In this document: one piece after another, positions 49,077-59,119 of the stretch
Layout of the letters: every line of letters begins with the position of its first letter
Position numbering within the stretch: position 1 is the first letter of the stretch
Assembly (NCBI GenBank): GCA_963663385.2
Contig: CAXXXD010000002.1
Location: 832,001-896,000, forward strand
DNA: 64,000 nt
Direction: 5' to 3'
Origin: Oceanispirochaeta sp.
GTDB taxonomy: Bacteria; Spirochaetota; Spirochaetia; DSM-2461
Program-made: the position numbers and the translations under genes
The notes under the pieces: generated by a model
Seen by the model: only the letters and a program-made list of their open reading frames with translations
Database searches by the model: none
Told to the model about the DNA's origin: nothing

Positions 49077-50512
49077 ATCTCATGAAAATGATGAACCGGC
49101 CCATGCCCGTGTCCAATGGTGTAGCGGCTCCCTTTCTCAATGGCGCCGGTCAGATAACTTTTGGCAGATCGAACAGCCTCTCCTGTAGGAACACCCCGGG
49201 CAAGGTAGGAGGCTACCGCAGAGGACAGGGTACAGCCTGTCCCGTGGGTATTTTTTGTATCCAGCCTGTCCGAGGGAAGCTCCGTAAAACACCCGCTCTC
49301 TGTATCATAATAACAGTCCACAAGTTCCCTTTCCCTGAGGTGTCCGGCTTTAAGCAGTACCGCAGGACAGCCCAGATCCGTTAAATCCCGGGCCGCCTGA
49401 GGGAGATCGCATTGACAGGGGAGGGACCGGCCCAGAAGGATTTCCGCCTCGGGAATATTGGGCGTGATGAGGCTGGCCTTGGGGATCAGAACTTCTTTCA
49501 GGGTTTCAACAGCATCCGGCTGCAGCAGGAGGTCCCCCGAGGTGGCAACCATAACGGGGTCGAGTACGATCTTTTTGATCCCGTATTCCTCCAGAAGTTT
49601 AGTAATCGAAAGGATCAGCTCGGAGGAGTGGAGCATCCCGATTTTTACCGCATCCGTGCCTATGTCATCCAGAACCGATCTGATCTGCGCTTCCAGTATC
49701 TCCAGTGGGATCGGGTGAATTCCCCGGACCCCCATGGTATTCTGCGCCGTTACAGCTGTAATGGCGGACATCCCGTAGCAGCCAAGGGCGGAGAACGTCT
49801 TAAGATCCGCCTGAATCCCGGCGCCTCCGCTGCTGTCCGAACCGGCAATGGACAATACCCGGCTGTACCTTCTCCCTGTTTTGGCGGAAGATACGGTTTC
49901 CGCCAGTTCGGAACTTGCCAGACAGGGATCATCGGCAGAACAGATGGCCGAAACAACTGCTACGCCATCTGCTCCCGCACGGATTATCTCTCCGGCATTT
50001 TCCTTATGGATCCCTCCGATCCCGACGGAGGGAAAACGGGACCGGCTGACAATCTCTCTGACTCCCGAGAGCCCCAGTCCCCTGGTGAGTTCCTTTTTTG
50101 TCGGAGTAACATGGACGGGGCTTATCCCGATATAGTCAATATCCAGGGCGTTCGCTTTCTCCGCATCCTCTCCCGACTCTACCGAGAGGCCTATAATGGC
50201 ATCCGGCCCCATCAGGCGGCGGATTTCTTCCACGGGCATATCCCTTTGACCGACGTGGACACCGTCCGCACCGGATGCCAGGGCAATATCCATTCTGTCG
50301 TTGATTATCAGGGGGATTCCCCTGGGAGCAAGGAGGGCTTTCAGTTCCCTGGCCAGCTGCAGAAAATCCTGTGTGGAGGCGTCCTTCTCCCTCAGCTGAA
50401 CCATGGAAACACCGCCTTCGGCGGCCTGCCGGACAATTTCTGTTATCTGCCGGTTCCGGGAGAGGCTGCGGTCCGTTACCAGATAGAGGCTCGGATCAAA
50501 TGATTTTCTCAT
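49067..50512 (-). CDS. thiDE: Fused thiamine-phosphate synthase / HMP(-P) kinase (ThiE-ThiD)
   Basis: LYLVTD, QLREK, INDR, GVHVGQ; then [18 protein letters not shown] and HGTGCTLS. Confidence 0.92.
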   Translation of the reverse strand: MRKSFDPSLYLVTDRSLSRNRQITEIVRQAAEGGVSMVQLREKDASTQDFLQLARELKALLAPRGIPLIINDRMDIALASGADGVHVGQRDMPVEEIRRLMGPDAIIGLSVESGEDAEKANALDIDYIGISPVHVTPTKKELTRGLGLSGVREIVSRSRFPSVGIGGIHKENAGEIIRAGADGVAVVSAICSADDPCLASSELAETVSSAKTGRRYSRVLSIAGSDSSGGAGIQADLKTFSALGCYGMSAITAVTAQNTMGVRGIHPIPLEILEAQIRSVLDDIGTDAVKIGMLHSSELILSITKLLEEYGIKKIVLDPVMVATSGDLLLQPDAVETLKEVLIPKASLITPNIPEAEILLGRSLPCQCDLPQAARDLTDLGCPAVLLKAGHLRERELVDCYYDTESGCFTELPSDRLDTKNTHGTGCTLSSAVASYLARGVPTGEAVRSAKSYLTGAIEKGSRYTIGHGHGPVHHFHEIWR

Positions 50513-51303
50513 ACTCCGGCTCTCAGTCTGCTGCTGATATCAGAGTCGCTTAAGTTGTAAAGGGCATCCAGAAAGGACAGCTGCAGACTCCCCGGTCCCT
50601 CAGCTCTCTCTGCGGCTATTTCTCCGGCGATACCCATGACAGCCATGGCGCTGAAGGCTCCGTACAGGGGATCAGGATCTACTGCGGCAAAGGCGCCTGT
50701 CAGGGCGCTGGCGGTACAGCCCATCCCGGTAACACGGGCCATCAGGGGAGAACCGTTACGGATGCTCAGGGTTTCGTTTCCATTTGTTATGTAATCCGTC
50801 TCACCGCTTATACAGATGGTACACCCCCATTCCAGGGCCAGTTCCTTTGCTGTCTCCAGGGCTTCAGAAGAAGCGGCGGAGCTGTCAACGCCCCTGGTTT
50901 TTACCGCTTCATTCCGCAGGGACAGAATTTCCGAGGCATTCCCCCGGATGATAGCGGGAGCCGCTGTTTCTACAAGTTCCCTGACGGTCTGAGTCCGGAA
51001 GGGGGTGGTGCCGGCACCCACCGGGTCCAGGACGATAGGCTTTTTCAATTTCGCCGCACAGGCCATGGCTTTTTTCATAGCCTGTATCCATGAAAAGCTC
51101 AGTGTTCCGATATTGATAACCAGGGAGGAATCTATTCTGACAAAATCCTCCATCTCCTCGGGAGCATGGGCCATAACGGGAGAAGCTCCGATGGCAAGAA
51201 GGGCATTGGCCGTATTATTCATAACCACATAATTGGTGATATTGTGCACCAGGGGAGCTGACTCCCTGACATTTTTTATATTTTCCAGAACCTTATTTTT
51301 CAT
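50509..51303 (-). CDS. thiM: Hydroxyethylthiazole kinase
   Basis: [37 protein letters not shown]. Confidence 0.94.
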   Translation of the reverse strand: MKNKVLENIKNVRESAPLVHNITNYVVMNNTANALLAIGASPVMAHAPEEMEDFVRIDSSLVINIGTLSFSWIQAMKKAMACAAKLKKPIVLDPVGAGTTPFRTQTVRELVETAAPAIIRGNASEILSLRNEAVKTRGVDSSAASSEALETAKELALEWGCTICISGETDYITNGNETLSIRNGSPLMARVTGMGCTASALTGAFAAVDPDPLYGAFSAMAVMGIAGEIAAERAEGPGSLQLSFLDALYNLSDSDISSRLRAGV

Positions 51304-52009
51304 TCTTTCCACCCTTCTTCTGTGCACAGATCGCCACGTAGTCCCCTTTCCCGTATCCCGGAATCGGTTCCTCTATCTCCCTGTTGGAGTGGGTCGGGTG
51401 GCAGGTCAGGGTCTGGGCATAGCTGAGATTTTCAAATCCGGCTTCTTCGAGGATTTCCACCTTTTCTCCGGTGGTCCGCCAGTTTGCCTCTTTAACGAAT
51501 TCAATAGGGTAGGGATCGGGGGGAAGGGCACCCTCCAGAAGAGGGTGGTCCCAGGTCCCGAGGGTTTTTGCCAGGTTGTAGATAAGGCCGTAGGAACTCT
51601 CTTTGGGGACATCAAGCATAACGACTCTTCCCCCCTCCTTCAGAGCACAGAAGGTTTTCCGGGCGGCTTTTTTAAGGTCTGTTATATAGCCGGGAGATCC
51701 GTTGAACAGGATGGTATCCCACTCGTTCCGGCCGAAATCAGCCTGCTCTGCCGTATCGGTCCTGACAGTCATGCCTCTTTTACGGGCAATCTCCGCCATC
51801 CCTTCGGACGGCTCTATCCCGTGAGAGATCTCAATGTTGTAATCCTGTTTCAGGATGGATTCAAACAGGCCGCTGCCGCATCCCACAGAGAGCGTCTTAC
51901 CGCAGTCCTCAAGAAAATGGGCCGCCAGTCTGACCTCGGATTCGAGCATGTTCCGGTTGTTCAGAAACCAGCTGTCATACTCACTTGCATGTTCATCGAA
52001 TGTTGCCAT
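51293..52009 (-). CDS. Class I SAM-dependent methyltransferase
   Basis: [20 protein letters not shown] motif I, GIEPSEGM. Confidence 0.85.
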   Translation of the reverse strand: MATFDEHASEYDSWFLNNRNMLESEVRLAAHFLEDCGKTLSVGCGSGLFESILKQDYNIEISHGIEPSEGMAEIARKRGMTVRTDTAEQADFGRNEWDTILFNGSPGYITDLKKAARKTFCALKEGGRVVMLDVPKESSYGLIYNLAKTLGTWDHPLLEGALPPDPYPIEFVKEANWRTTGEKVEILEEAGFENLSYAQTLTCHPTHSNREIEEPIPGYGKGDYVAICAQKKGGKNEK

Positions 52010-52097
52010 AAATTGTTCCTCACTTCTTCGAAGTGAAATACAGCAGAAAAGAAAGGGAATTTGAAACGGGTAAATTTCAAGATAGGTATTTCTTCAC

Positions 52098-52177
52098 TCT
52101 GTTTTCCTTCGTTGTCATTAAACATTTCAGGTTCAAGGGTTTGTTCTCAGCCGACATCAGTCAGCACCCCTAACAGG
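52098..52177 (-). ncRNA. TPP riboswitch
   Basis: Minus strand CTGTTAGGGGTGC...GGCTGAGA...ACCCTTGAACCTGA..TGTTTAATGACAACGAAGGAAAACAG, upstream of the thiamine genes. Confidence 0.9.
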
Positions 52178-52186
52178 TTTGTATTT

Positions 52187-52215
52187 ACCCTATTCCATTC
52201 GGATTTTTTCGTCAA
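52187..52215 (-). promoter_or_regulatory. Promoter of the thiamine operon
   Basis: TTGACG-17-TAGGGT just upstream of the riboswitch. Confidence 0.55.
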
Positions 52216-52587
52216 GAAGGGGTATGAAAACAGAGCGGTAACAGATCTATCAATTGTTTTGTTCCGATTTTTCCTGATTTTTCCAGGCCATCAGACTTTA
52301 TGGGGAATGAAAGATAGGCTTTTATTAAATAAGAACAAATTGTTATTTATTTTTCAGATTCTGTTAATTTCTCAAGATTATCAGGTGGTGTATCTTATAT
52401 TCCAGATTAAAAATCTTTTAAAATCTGTGGGACTGGATTTTTTCTTCTTAATGTTATCAAGTTTGTTTCAGTCTAAAAAATCCGGTCTCATTTTTGACTT
52501 TTTCTTTCAGAATACTTTAATGTATATCAGTTTTTAATATTCTGGTATGCCTGAATATGCTCTGCCATTATTTATATTGGGAAACTG

Positions 52588-54342
52588 TTAATGCGACACC
52601 TTGTGAAACTCTACTTCCTGAACGCCCCGTACGGAATTGATCAGGTATATTTTTTCCATTCTGTCCAGATCCTTCAGAAGCAGAACCTTTTCCAGAATCT
52701 TTCCGGATTCTATCAGCTCCCTTCTGTAAGTTCCTGCCAGGAGTCCGCATTTCACAGGGGGGGTATAGTCCCGGCCGTCCAGTCTCACCACAACATTGCC
52801 AATGCAGGACTCGGTGATTTCACCCTTTTCATTCCACAGCAGAACATCATCGAATCCGGGACTGAGCTCCCTGATCTCATCGTAAATATGTCTGCTGGTG
52901 GTCTTGTGAAAGAAGAAAGGATTGGCCGAATCAATCGCTTTCCGGCCCGGGGTCAGTGTCCAGAGCGCTTTGCCCCGGGGCTCTGTTTCTTCGCAGATCA
53001 TCTCTCCCTGTTTCTCCAGCAGGAGGCGAATCTTTCTTACCCTTTTTTCAAACTCGTCGGAACGGCGCACTAATAGATTCAATACCCTGTCCCGGGAAAA
53101 GGGGTAGCCGAAGTATTCAGCGGATTCCTCCAACCTGTCCAGGTGCTTTTCCAGAAGAAAATAACCCTCTTCCGGATCCCATTTCAGCGATTCCAGAAGG
53201 GCGAAATCGGGAGCTCTTCGGTTCAGTATCTTTGCTTTGGTCATGGTTTCGTCAAATTCCTCGCTGGTCGTAGAATCCCAGACGATTCCGCCTCCTGTCC
53301 CGTATTCGCCCTGTTTCCGTTTCTTATCAAAAACGGCTGTGCGGATAGCCACGTTAAACTGGGCTTTCCGTCCCGGGGCCATATAACCGATGGATCCTGT
53401 ATAGACCCCCCGGGGAGATGTTTCCAGTTCCTTTATAATCTTCATTGTACTGCATTTGGGGGCTCCTGTTATGGAGGAACAGGGAAAGAGCGCTTTAAAA
53501 ATGTCTGTAAGAGATCTTTCTGTTTCGGCTTCGACGGTCGAAGTCATCTGCCAGAGGGTGGGGTATTTTTCCAGAGAAAAAAGGGAGGAGACCTTAACAC
53601 TCCCCGTTTGGGCAATACGGCCCAGGTCATTCCGGATCATGTCCACGATCATCCTGTTTTCAGCCCTGTTTTTTTCGGAATGAAAGAGCCAATCCGCCTG
53701 TTCTCTGTCTTCTGCCGGAAAACGTCCCCTGGGTGCGGTGCCCTTCATGGGGCGGGTTATTATTTCCCTGCCCTCCAATGTAAAAAACAGTTCGGGAGAC
53801 GCTGAGCAGACCGTTACATCCTCCGTTTCAATATAGGCTCCGTACAAGGCGTTCTGAGCTTCCTGAATCTGCCTGAAAAACCGGAAAGAGTCTCCTCCGT
53901 AAGGTGTACGAAGCCTGTAGGTATAGTTGACCTGGTAGGTGTCGCCCCGGCGGATCCTCTCCTTTACAGCTTTAATCCCGCCGGTATATTCGGTTTTATC
54001 CAGAACCGGTTCCCACATCAGTAATGCATCTTCCGGGGGGGCCGGTTTTAAATCATCTCCGGGAAGGATATCCGGTTCATCATATAAGCCGAACCAGAGC
54101 AGAGGGAGGGAACTGTCATCCCTGACAGTAAGGGCTTCATCAAAAGCCGGCGCGGCTTCGTATGTTATGAACCCGGCGGCATGATACCTCTGGTTTTCCA
54201 CCTTGTTACAGATCTTCTCAAGAACCGGTATTACCTGATCTTTGTTCCGGGCAATATAAACCTGCCGGGGGGAGTGGAAGTCAAGCCATTGATTATTCAA
54301 ACTATCGTGCAGTATAACCCTGTCTGATTTTCCGGTTTTCAT
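52588..54342 (-). CDS. pabB: Fused aminodeoxychorismate synthase component I / ADC lyase-like protein (PabB-PabC)
   Basis: YQVN, SPELF, PMKGT, KNRAEN.MIVD..RND, FPCSSITGAPK; C-terminal class IV aminotransferase-like HLDRL, HKTT, GLLAG. Start after SD GGAG. Confidence 0.88.
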   Translation of the reverse strand: MKTGKSDRVILHDSLNNQWLDFHSPRQVYIARNKDQVIPVLEKICNKVENQRYHAAGFITYEAAPAFDEALTVRDDSSLPLLWFGLYDEPDILPGDDLKPAPPEDALLMWEPVLDKTEYTGGIKAVKERIRRGDTYQVNYTYRLRTPYGGDSFRFFRQIQEAQNALYGAYIETEDVTVCSASPELFFTLEGREIITRPMKGTAPRGRFPAEDREQADWLFHSEKNRAENRMIVDMIRNDLGRIAQTGSVKVSSLFSLEKYPTLWQMTSTVEAETERSLTDIFKALFPCSSITGAPKCSTMKIIKELETSPRGVYTGSIGYMAPGRKAQFNVAIRTAVFDKKRKQGEYGTGGGIVWDSTTSEEFDETMTKAKILNRRAPDFALLESLKWDPEEGYFLLEKHLDRLEESAEYFGYPFSRDRVLNLLVRRSDEFEKRVRKIRLLLEKQGEMICEETEPRGKALWTLTPGRKAIDSANPFFFHKTTSRHIYDEIRELSPGFDDVLLWNEKGEITESCIGNVVVRLDGRDYTPPVKCGLLAGTYRRELIESGKILEKVLLLKDLDRMEKIYLINSVRGVQEVEFHKVSH

Positions 54343-54440
54343 ATTGCTCCCTTGTATCCTGCCGTTTCTTTTACATGAAAAGGGGGGCATCATAACATTT
54401 TTTTATGATTTTTATAAGGAGCCCGGGCGATAATCGGGGC

Positions 54441-54740
54441 ATGAAGGATCCCAGGGGATACCGGGTCCCTGATGTCACGGACTATATCCTGTCTGATTCG
54501 GGGGCCGGACATGACTATTTTTTTACCTCTTATCCGGGGCCCCCGGAGGATTCCGCTCTTCGCTATTACTGTCACAGGGCCTGTCTGCTTCTGGGCGGAG
54601 GAATCAGGCCGGAAGACGCTGCCTCCGCTCTGGGATTTCCGGATTACCGGTTGTTCTGCCGGCAGTTCAGGGCGTATACGGGTATGGTGCCGGAAAAATA
54701 CTATGAATGGATTAATCAAAGGGAACCCTCACGGAAATAG
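54441..54740 (+). CDS. Small AraC-type HTH-only protein
   Basis: ACLLL...AASALGFPD..F.RQF...GM.P..Y resembles the AraC C-terminal HTH. Confidence 0.55.
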   Translation: MKDPRGYRVPDVTDYILSDSGAGHDYFFTSYPGPPEDSALRYYCHRACLLLGGGIRPEDAASALGFPDYRLFCRQFRAYTGMVPEKYYEWINQREPSRK

Positions 54741-54801
54741 TATTCTGTCAAGGAAATAATCCATTTTTCTTCATTTCATGGCAAAGCTCCTCTTATACAG
54801 C

Positions 54802-54830
54802 TTGTCATAAAATACACATATCACTATACT
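54802..54830 (+). promoter_or_regulatory. gap promoter
   Basis: TTGTCA-17-TATACT. Confidence 0.65.
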
Positions 54831-54877
54831 TGCAGGAAAAATAGATAAATAGTTATTTAATTCCACGGAGGATACAA

Positions 54878-55906
54878 ATGGGTAAAATTAGAGTTGGTTT
54901 CAACGGAATGGGTAGAATCGGTAAAAACGTAATGCGCGTTATTACTTCTCAGTTCAACGATCAGATTGAGATTGTTGCCGGTAATGACCTGGTTTCTGCA
55001 AAAGAAATTGCAGAAGGACTTCCTAAAGATTCAATCCACGGAAAATTCCCTGTTGAGGTAAAACTTCTCAGCGATAATGAAATTCAGATCGGTGAACACA
55101 AAGTAACCGTATATGCTGAAAAAGATGCCAACAACATCCCCTGGGCAAAACACAATGTAGACGTAGTTCTGGAATGTACCGGTTTCTATCTGTCTACAGA
55201 AAAAGCTCAGGCTCATATCAATGCAGGTGCAAAAAAAGTAATTATTTCCGCTCCCTGTAAAGATGATACAAAAACCGTTGTAATCGGTGTTAACAGCGAT
55301 ACACTGACAGCTGACGATAAAATCGTTTCCAACGCTTCCTGTACAACAAACTGTCTGGCCCCCCTGACAAAAGCTGTTGATGACTCTTTCAAGGTAATCA
55401 CCGGTCTGATGTGTACCACTCACGCTGCTACAGCTACCCAGAGAGTACAGGACTTCTTCGGCGGCGGTAAAAACAGAGCTACCGGAAACAACATTATCCC
55501 CGCTTCTACCGGTGCTGCTATCGCTGTAGGTAAAGTACTGCCTCACCTGAACGGTAAACTGAACGGTACCGCTCTGCGTGTTCCCACCGATACAGGTTCT
55601 GTTGTAGAAGTTGTATACCTCCTCGAAGGTAAGCACACCAAGGACGAGATCAACGCCGCAGTTGCTGAGAATGCCAGGAAAGTTAATGCCATGTCTATCA
55701 CCGGTAAGGTTCTGGACGTGAATGATTACTACGAGTGTTCCAGAGACTGCGTTGGTGAAGGCTGGACCTCTATGATGATCCCCGGAAACACTCAGGTAAC
55801 CGAAGCCGGCGAGAACACTCTGGTTAAAATGACTTCTTTCTACGACAACGAAATGGGTTACTCAACCAAGATGGCTGAGCTGGCTCAGATCCTTATGTCC
55901 AAATAA
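54878..55906 (+). CDS. gap: Type I glyceraldehyde-3-phosphate dehydrogenase
   Basis: GxxGxGRIG, ECTG, SNASCTTNCLAP, RVPT, YDNE; SD GGAGG. Confidence 0.93.
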   Translation: MGKIRVGFNGMGRIGKNVMRVITSQFNDQIEIVAGNDLVSAKEIAEGLPKDSIHGKFPVEVKLLSDNEIQIGEHKVTVYAEKDANNIPWAKHNVDVVLECTGFYLSTEKAQAHINAGAKKVIISAPCKDDTKTVVIGVNSDTLTADDKIVSNASCTTNCLAPLTKAVDDSFKVITGLMCTTHAATATQRVQDFFGGGKNRATGNNIIPASTGAAIAVGKVLPHLNGKLNGTALRVPTDTGSVVEVVYLLEGKHTKDEINAAVAENARKVNAMSITGKVLDVNDYYECSRDCVGEGWTSMMIPGNTQVTEAGENTLVKMTSFYDNEMGYSTKMAELAQILMSK

Positions 55907-55944
55907 GCATAGATTGAATTATCCCATCCGCATCTGCGGATAAC

Positions 55945-55979
55945 AAAAAACCGGAAAGCCCAGGCCTTCCGGTTTTTTT
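55945..55979. terminator. Bidirectional intrinsic terminator
   Basis: A6-CCGGAAAGCC CA GGCCTTCCGG-T7 between convergent genes. Confidence 0.8.
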
Positions 55980-55991
55980 ACTTTAAGGGGA

Positions 55992-56501
55992 TTACTCTTT
56001 GGCGGGAGAGTAACTGCCGGCATCCCCGTCGGCTTTTGTGTTGTCATCAGCATATTGCGAACTTTCCGATCTTGTTACTTCAATGGTATAGCTGCCTGAG
56101 GAAGAGGAGTAGTAGTTCCAGACCGCAATATACACCGTTCCGGAGTCGGCATTTGTTTCCAGCCAGCCGCTTTCATCTTCCTCTGAATAATTGGAGTCAA
56201 TGGCACTGCCTATAATGCTGCCAGTACTGTCATAAAAGGCAAAAACCAGATCCAGACTTGACCCGGAAACCCAATTCACATCTGCATCGTAGCGTTCATA
56301 CGTCTCCGTATCAAAATAAAAAACATCCCTGTCACCGGAGATCAGTTCTCCCTCGTATTTTGTTCCGTCTGTTTTTATCAGGTTGGCGGAAGAGTCATAA
56401 TCGTTAGGTTCTGATTCAGAATAGGATTTTGTTCCTGTCTTTTCCAGTTCGCAGGCACTCAACAGAAGCAGTATCAACAGGAAGTATGCAGTGATTTTCA
56501 T
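55992..56501 (-). CDS. Lipoprotein with PPC-like beta domain
   Basis: LSAC lipobox; ESEPND...A, D.D.F.F, G.VYIAV, G.Y.I.V. Confidence 0.7.
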   Translation of the reverse strand: MKITAYFLLILLLLSACELEKTGTKSYSESEPNDYDSSANLIKTDGTKYEGELISGDRDVFYFDTETYERYDADVNWVSGSSLDLVFAFYDSTGSIIGSAIDSNYSEEDESGWLETNADSGTVYIAVWNYYSSSSGSYTIEVTRSESSQYADDNTKADGDAGSYSPAKE

Positions 56502-56650
56502 AGCTATACTCCTTAATATGTTCCTTTAGAAATTCTAGTACTTTACGGAGGGGAAAACAAAGGGAAAATTAGGCGAGTTATATTTTCAGATAATAAAATG
56601 AAGGTCTATTGCAGGTAAACAGGCAATAAACCCTCATTATAGGTGATTTT

Positions 56651-57166
56651 TTATTTTTCCAGGGATTCCCTGATTTTTTCTGAAGGGAATCCTATAAGGC
56701 CTTTATCAATTTTTGTGGCATCAATTGATTCTCTGCTGGTCGTATTTGTTACTTTTACGCTATAGTCGCCTTCATCGGTTGTCCAGTATCCAGAGACTGC
56801 AATATAAATATTCCCTGTATAATTGTATACGGTGTAGGGGAATACTTCGCTATCCTCTGTATCTCCATCATCCACATAACCGAGAACAGATCCATCCGTA
56901 TCAAATATATAAAGTACTGGATCCAAATCACCGTCAATATATTTTATTTTTACTTCATAGTTTTGATATGCTGATATTGGATAACAAAAATAATCAATAT
57001 CATTGTTTGTAATTGATGCTTTGAAAGTATCTCCAACATCAATTAAATCAGCTGTTAGTTTTGTGTCGTTAGGTTCATTTTCATCGGGGGAAAATTTATC
57101 ATCTTCAAAAAGGCTGCAAGCAGAAAAAATCGATAGTAAAATGAGCAGTAGTAAATATTTTTTCAC
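56651..57166 (-). CDS. Lipoprotein with PPC-like beta domain (paralog, AT-rich)
   Basis: FSAC lipobox; ENEPND...A, DIDYF, GNIYIAV, GDYSV.V; GTG start after AGGAG. Confidence 0.7.
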   Translation of the reverse strand: MKKYLLLLILLSIFSACSLFEDDKFSPDENEPNDTKLTADLIDVGDTFKASITNNDIDYFCYPISAYQNYEVKIKYIDGDLDPVLYIFDTDGSVLGYVDDGDTEDSEVFPYTVYNYTGNIYIAVSGYWTTDEGDYSVKVTNTTSRESIDATKIDKGLIGFPSEKIRESLEK

Positions 57167-57266
57167 AAAATATCTCCTTATTTATTTTTATTGAAAGTGT
57201 ATCTTGTAAGTATTAAAAAAACAACCATTCTTTTTTTATAAGAAGTGGCCACATATTCCTATTTTC

Positions 57267-57295
57267 TTGACAACCCGGGGAGGGGCTTGTAGGGT
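57267..57295 (+). promoter_or_regulatory. Promoter of the amidohydrolase gene (leaderless)
   Basis: TTGACA-17-TAGGGT, 6 nt before ATG 57302. Confidence 0.55.
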
Positions 57296-57301
57296 GAATG
57301 T

Positions 57302-58864
57302 ATGAATATTTATCATGGTTCGATTATTACCTGCGATGCATCGGATTCCGTTTTTTCCTATCTGATTGAGGACAGAGGGAAAATCCTCTATACGGGAAAC
57401 TCTCTTCCGGAAGAGTATAAGAGCATTCCTCTCCGGGAGTTGGGACAGAAAGCGCTGGTTCCGGCTTTTGCCGATTCCCATATGCACTTTTCCTCTTTCG
57501 CCCTGTTTCATTCAGGGGTGAATGTTTCCGACTGTTCCTCAAACAGGGAAATCCTGCAGACTCTCTCTGCCGTTCATGAGGATTCCCGGGAGGAGGTTCT
57601 GATCGGGTTTGGAATTTCTCCCCACAGTGTGGAGGAGGGGCGCCTTGTAACCCGCGGCGAACTGGACAGGGCGGTGCCGGATAATCCCGTGTTTCTGGTA
57701 AAATACGATGGGCATGCCTGTGTTATCAATTCCACCCTGTTAAAGATGCTGCCTAAAAAAATCCCTCAGCTCAGAGGGTTTGATGCGGACAGCGGGGAGA
57801 TGCAGCAGGAGGCGTTTTTTGCGGTTACCGATTATATCACGGGATCCGTATCTCCCATCCGCTTAATCCGTACCATGCTGGAAGCCTATGATTTTTTAAC
57901 GAAGCAGGGGTTCGGAATGCTTCATACCGTAAGCGGGGTGGGGTACCCCCATGACCTTGATGTTGATCTGGAACGCTGGATCGGTCAGGGGCTGGGAACA
58001 GGGTTTCAGACCCGTCTGTTTTTTCAGACCATGAATATCAGAAAAGTGCAAAGGAGGAAACTGCCCCGGATCGGCGGTTGCTTCGCCACGGCTCTGGACG
58101 GGTGTTTCGGCTCGGTTGATGCAGCTCTCTATAAACCCTATGAGGGAACAGGAAACAGAGGAATCCTCTATTATAATGATGAGGAAGTGACGGATTTCTG
58201 CAAAAGGGCCAACCGGGACGGTCTGCAGATAGAAATGCATGCTATTGGCGACCGTGCCTTTGATCAGGCCGCCAGGGCCCTGGATGCGGCTCTGAAGGAT
58301 TGCCCCCGTGAGGATCATCGTCACGGGATTATCCATGCCTGCCTGCCGACGGACGAAGGGATGGATCTCTGTGCGAGGAACGGAATTCAGATACCGCTGC
58401 AGCCGGCATTTCTTAACTGGGTTCAGGAACCCTCCTCCTATCTCAGGAGTATTCTGGGTGAACGGGAAGCTGAACTTAATCCCCTGAGAACCCTGTGGGA
58501 CAGGGGGATTCTCCTGTCCGGCGGCTCCGATGCTCCTGTGACAACACCTGATGCCGTTCACGGTATTCATAATGCCTGCAATCATCCGGTTCCTTCACAA
58601 TCCCTGACCGTACAGGAAGCTCTTAAACTTTTTACCATCAATGGATATAAAGCCTCTTTTGATGACAGGGACAGGGGATCTCTGGAACCCGGTAAAACTG
58701 CCGATATGACTGTGCTTTCGGGGAATCCACTGGATATGCCGGTTGAAAAACTCAATAACCTTGCTGTGGAACAGACCCTGCTGGGCGGGCAGGTATATCA
58801 TTCTTCGGAGAAAAGCTCTTTTCTGACTCTGCTGCATGGGATATTCAGCAAAGCTGCGATTTGA
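57302..58864 (+). CDS. Amidohydrolase 3 family protein (YtcJ-like)
   Basis: DSHMH, DGH, HAIGD, IIHA, GSDAP, GSLEPGK.AD. Confidence 0.88.
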   Translation: MNIYHGSIITCDASDSVFSYLIEDRGKILYTGNSLPEEYKSIPLRELGQKALVPAFADSHMHFSSFALFHSGVNVSDCSSNREILQTLSAVHEDSREEVLIGFGISPHSVEEGRLVTRGELDRAVPDNPVFLVKYDGHACVINSTLLKMLPKKIPQLRGFDADSGEMQQEAFFAVTDYITGSVSPIRLIRTMLEAYDFLTKQGFGMLHTVSGVGYPHDLDVDLERWIGQGLGTGFQTRLFFQTMNIRKVQRRKLPRIGGCFATALDGCFGSVDAALYKPYEGTGNRGILYYNDEEVTDFCKRANRDGLQIEMHAIGDRAFDQAARALDAALKDCPREDHRHGIIHACLPTDEGMDLCARNGIQIPLQPAFLNWVQEPSSYLRSILGEREAELNPLRTLWDRGILLSGGSDAPVTTPDAVHGIHNACNHPVPSQSLTVQEALKLFTINGYKASFDDRDRGSLEPGKTADMTVLSGNPLDMPVEKLNNLAVEQTLLGGQVYHSSEKSSFLTLLHGIFSKAAI

Positions 58865-58874
58865 TTCTTATTAA

Positions 58875-59038
58875 AACCCCACTCAATCTCCCCGAAGTCA
58901 ATAATGATTCCCCTCCATTGGATGGATAGGGGAGGCCGGGAGAAGTCGTCATGTTTTTACACTCGAACCGATACCAATTTCTACGAAGGAAAAAGTAGGA
59001 CATTTTCCCCTTCCTTGAGGAGGGGGCTAGGGGGAGGT
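58875..59038. repeat. Degenerate REP/MITE-like GC-rich hairpin cluster
   Basis: ACCCCACTCAATCTCCCC; TCCCCTCCAT..ATGGATAGGGGA; CCCCTTCCT-TG-AGGAGGGGG-CTAGGGGGAGGT. Confidence 0.45.
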
Positions 59039-59119
59039 CTGGATTAGAGCAGGGCGAGGGGTATTATTAATGCTTGAAATATTACTAAAATAGTAGTAAA
59101 TATAAAGGGAGGTGTGTAT

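Noticed and set aside
49412..50503. 363-aa antisense ORF over thiDE (and similar ones at 34917-35903, 10573-11520, 20102-21016, 17037-17912)
   Set aside because: Antisense shadows produced by codon bias; no recognisable domains
52061..52537. 158-aa Phe/Leu-rich ORF in an AT-rich gap
   Set aside because: Overlaps the TPP riboswitch and its promoter on the opposite strand; composition reflects T-rich DNA; no SD
52220..52580. AT-rich intergenic stretch as a possible CRISPR array or origin
   Set aside because: No regularly spaced direct repeats or DnaA-box cluster visible
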